Shown here piece by piece: positions 63,468 through 64,000 of a DNA stretch of 64,000 bases. Origin of the DNA: Cenarchaeum sp. (lineage in GTDB: Archaea; Thermoproteota; Nitrososphaeria; Nitrososphaerales; Nitrosopumilaceae). The notes beneath the pieces are model-generated. The model was given only the letters and a program-made list of their open reading frames with translations, was not told where the DNA came from and did not search any database. Positions within the stretch are counted from its first letter, which is position 1, and every line of letters begins with the position of its first letter. The stretch spans positions 96,001 to 160,000 of the forward strand of contig CBDESU010000001.1 in NCBI GenBank assembly GCA_965242695.1. The letters run 5' to 3'. Both the position numbers and the translations under genes were made by a program.

Positions 63468-64000
63468 ATGCCCGAGCCGAGCGACGACGTGTCGGGAATA
63501 CACGGCAGGTACACGCTGACGCTGTTCACGCCGTCGTCGCACTACGTCTCGCTTGCGGCCTCGCTGGCCGTCGCGCTCGGCATAGTCGCCGTCGTCTACG
63601 TCGGGTACCTCGGGGCGCCGGCGTCCGTCGAGTCGCTCCTGGGCGCGGCCGGGCCGCCTGCGATCCTGGCCGCCGCGTTCCTTGCCGCCTCGCAGGCGGC
63701 CGACGCCCGCCTGATCAAGAGGCGCGAGTACTCGAAGGCGCTGCACATGTCCCTGTTCGGAAACCTGGCGTGGCTCCTGGTGTGCCTGGCCGGCCTGGCC
63801 GCGCCGGCCGTCCTGGCCGGGGCCGGCGGAGGCGGGGATGCCGCGCAGCCGCCCCACATGGTGTTCGTCGCGCTCGGCGCGTTCGTGTTCGCCGCCTTCC
63901 GGTACGGGATACTCACGACGACGCTCGGCGCGAGCGAGGCGCGCGCAGGCGCGCTGTGCCTCGTGCAGCCTGCCGGCATGTTCGCCGCCATGTCGTGGCT
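63468..64000 (+). CDS. Polytopic membrane protein, probably DUF2070 family, 3'-partial
   Basis: MPEPSDDVSGIHGRYTLTLFTPSSHYVSLAASL...KRREYSKALHMSLFGN; open to the window end; resembles the AOA gene following Sec61beta (from recall). Confidence 0.7.
   Translation, partial: MPEPSDDVSGIHGRYTLTLFTPSSHYVSLAASLAVALGIVAVVYVGYLGAPASVESLLGAAGPPAILAAAFLAASQAADARLIKRREYSKALHMSLFGNLAWLLVCLAGLAAPAVLAGAGGGGDAAQPPHMVFVALGAFVFAAFRYGILTTTLGASEARAGALCLVQPAGMFAAMSW

Overview
Very GC-rich (roughly 70% by eye) segment from an ammonia-oxidising archaeon (Nitrososphaerota). It carries archaeal amoA and amoX, aIF-1/SUI1, Sec61beta, a DUF2070-like gene, TATA-box leaderless promoters and a two-intron tRNA-Leu. High GC plus giant surface proteins suggests a Cenarchaeum-like sponge symbiont (inference). 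About two thirds of the window encodes six giant secreted proteins. Four are paralogous adhesin-like proteins with Ig-like repeats, 7-blade beta-propellers and a Cys-containing domain ending in HLTRF; three of the four have a tandem-repeat stalk, and the three with visible N-termini have a hypervariable tip. The other two are concatemers of 6 and 5 type-1 solute-binding domains. All six end in a related Cys-bounded ~120-135 aa domain with no membrane anchor. The amo cluster is split: amoX and amoA are 6 kb apart, separated by three tandem UPF0175/PIN toxin-antitoxin units, and each is preceded by a (CCTAGGCGCC)4 array. A tRNA-associated patch of defence-like ATPases lies at 27.7-37.2 kb. Best candidate novel system: a possibly phase-variable (poly-G), variable-tipped, autoproteolytically shed (GAIN/GPS-like H-L|T) adhesin family sharing a C-terminal display domain. 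Caveat: six single-base frameshifts fall in this family and may be assembly errors.
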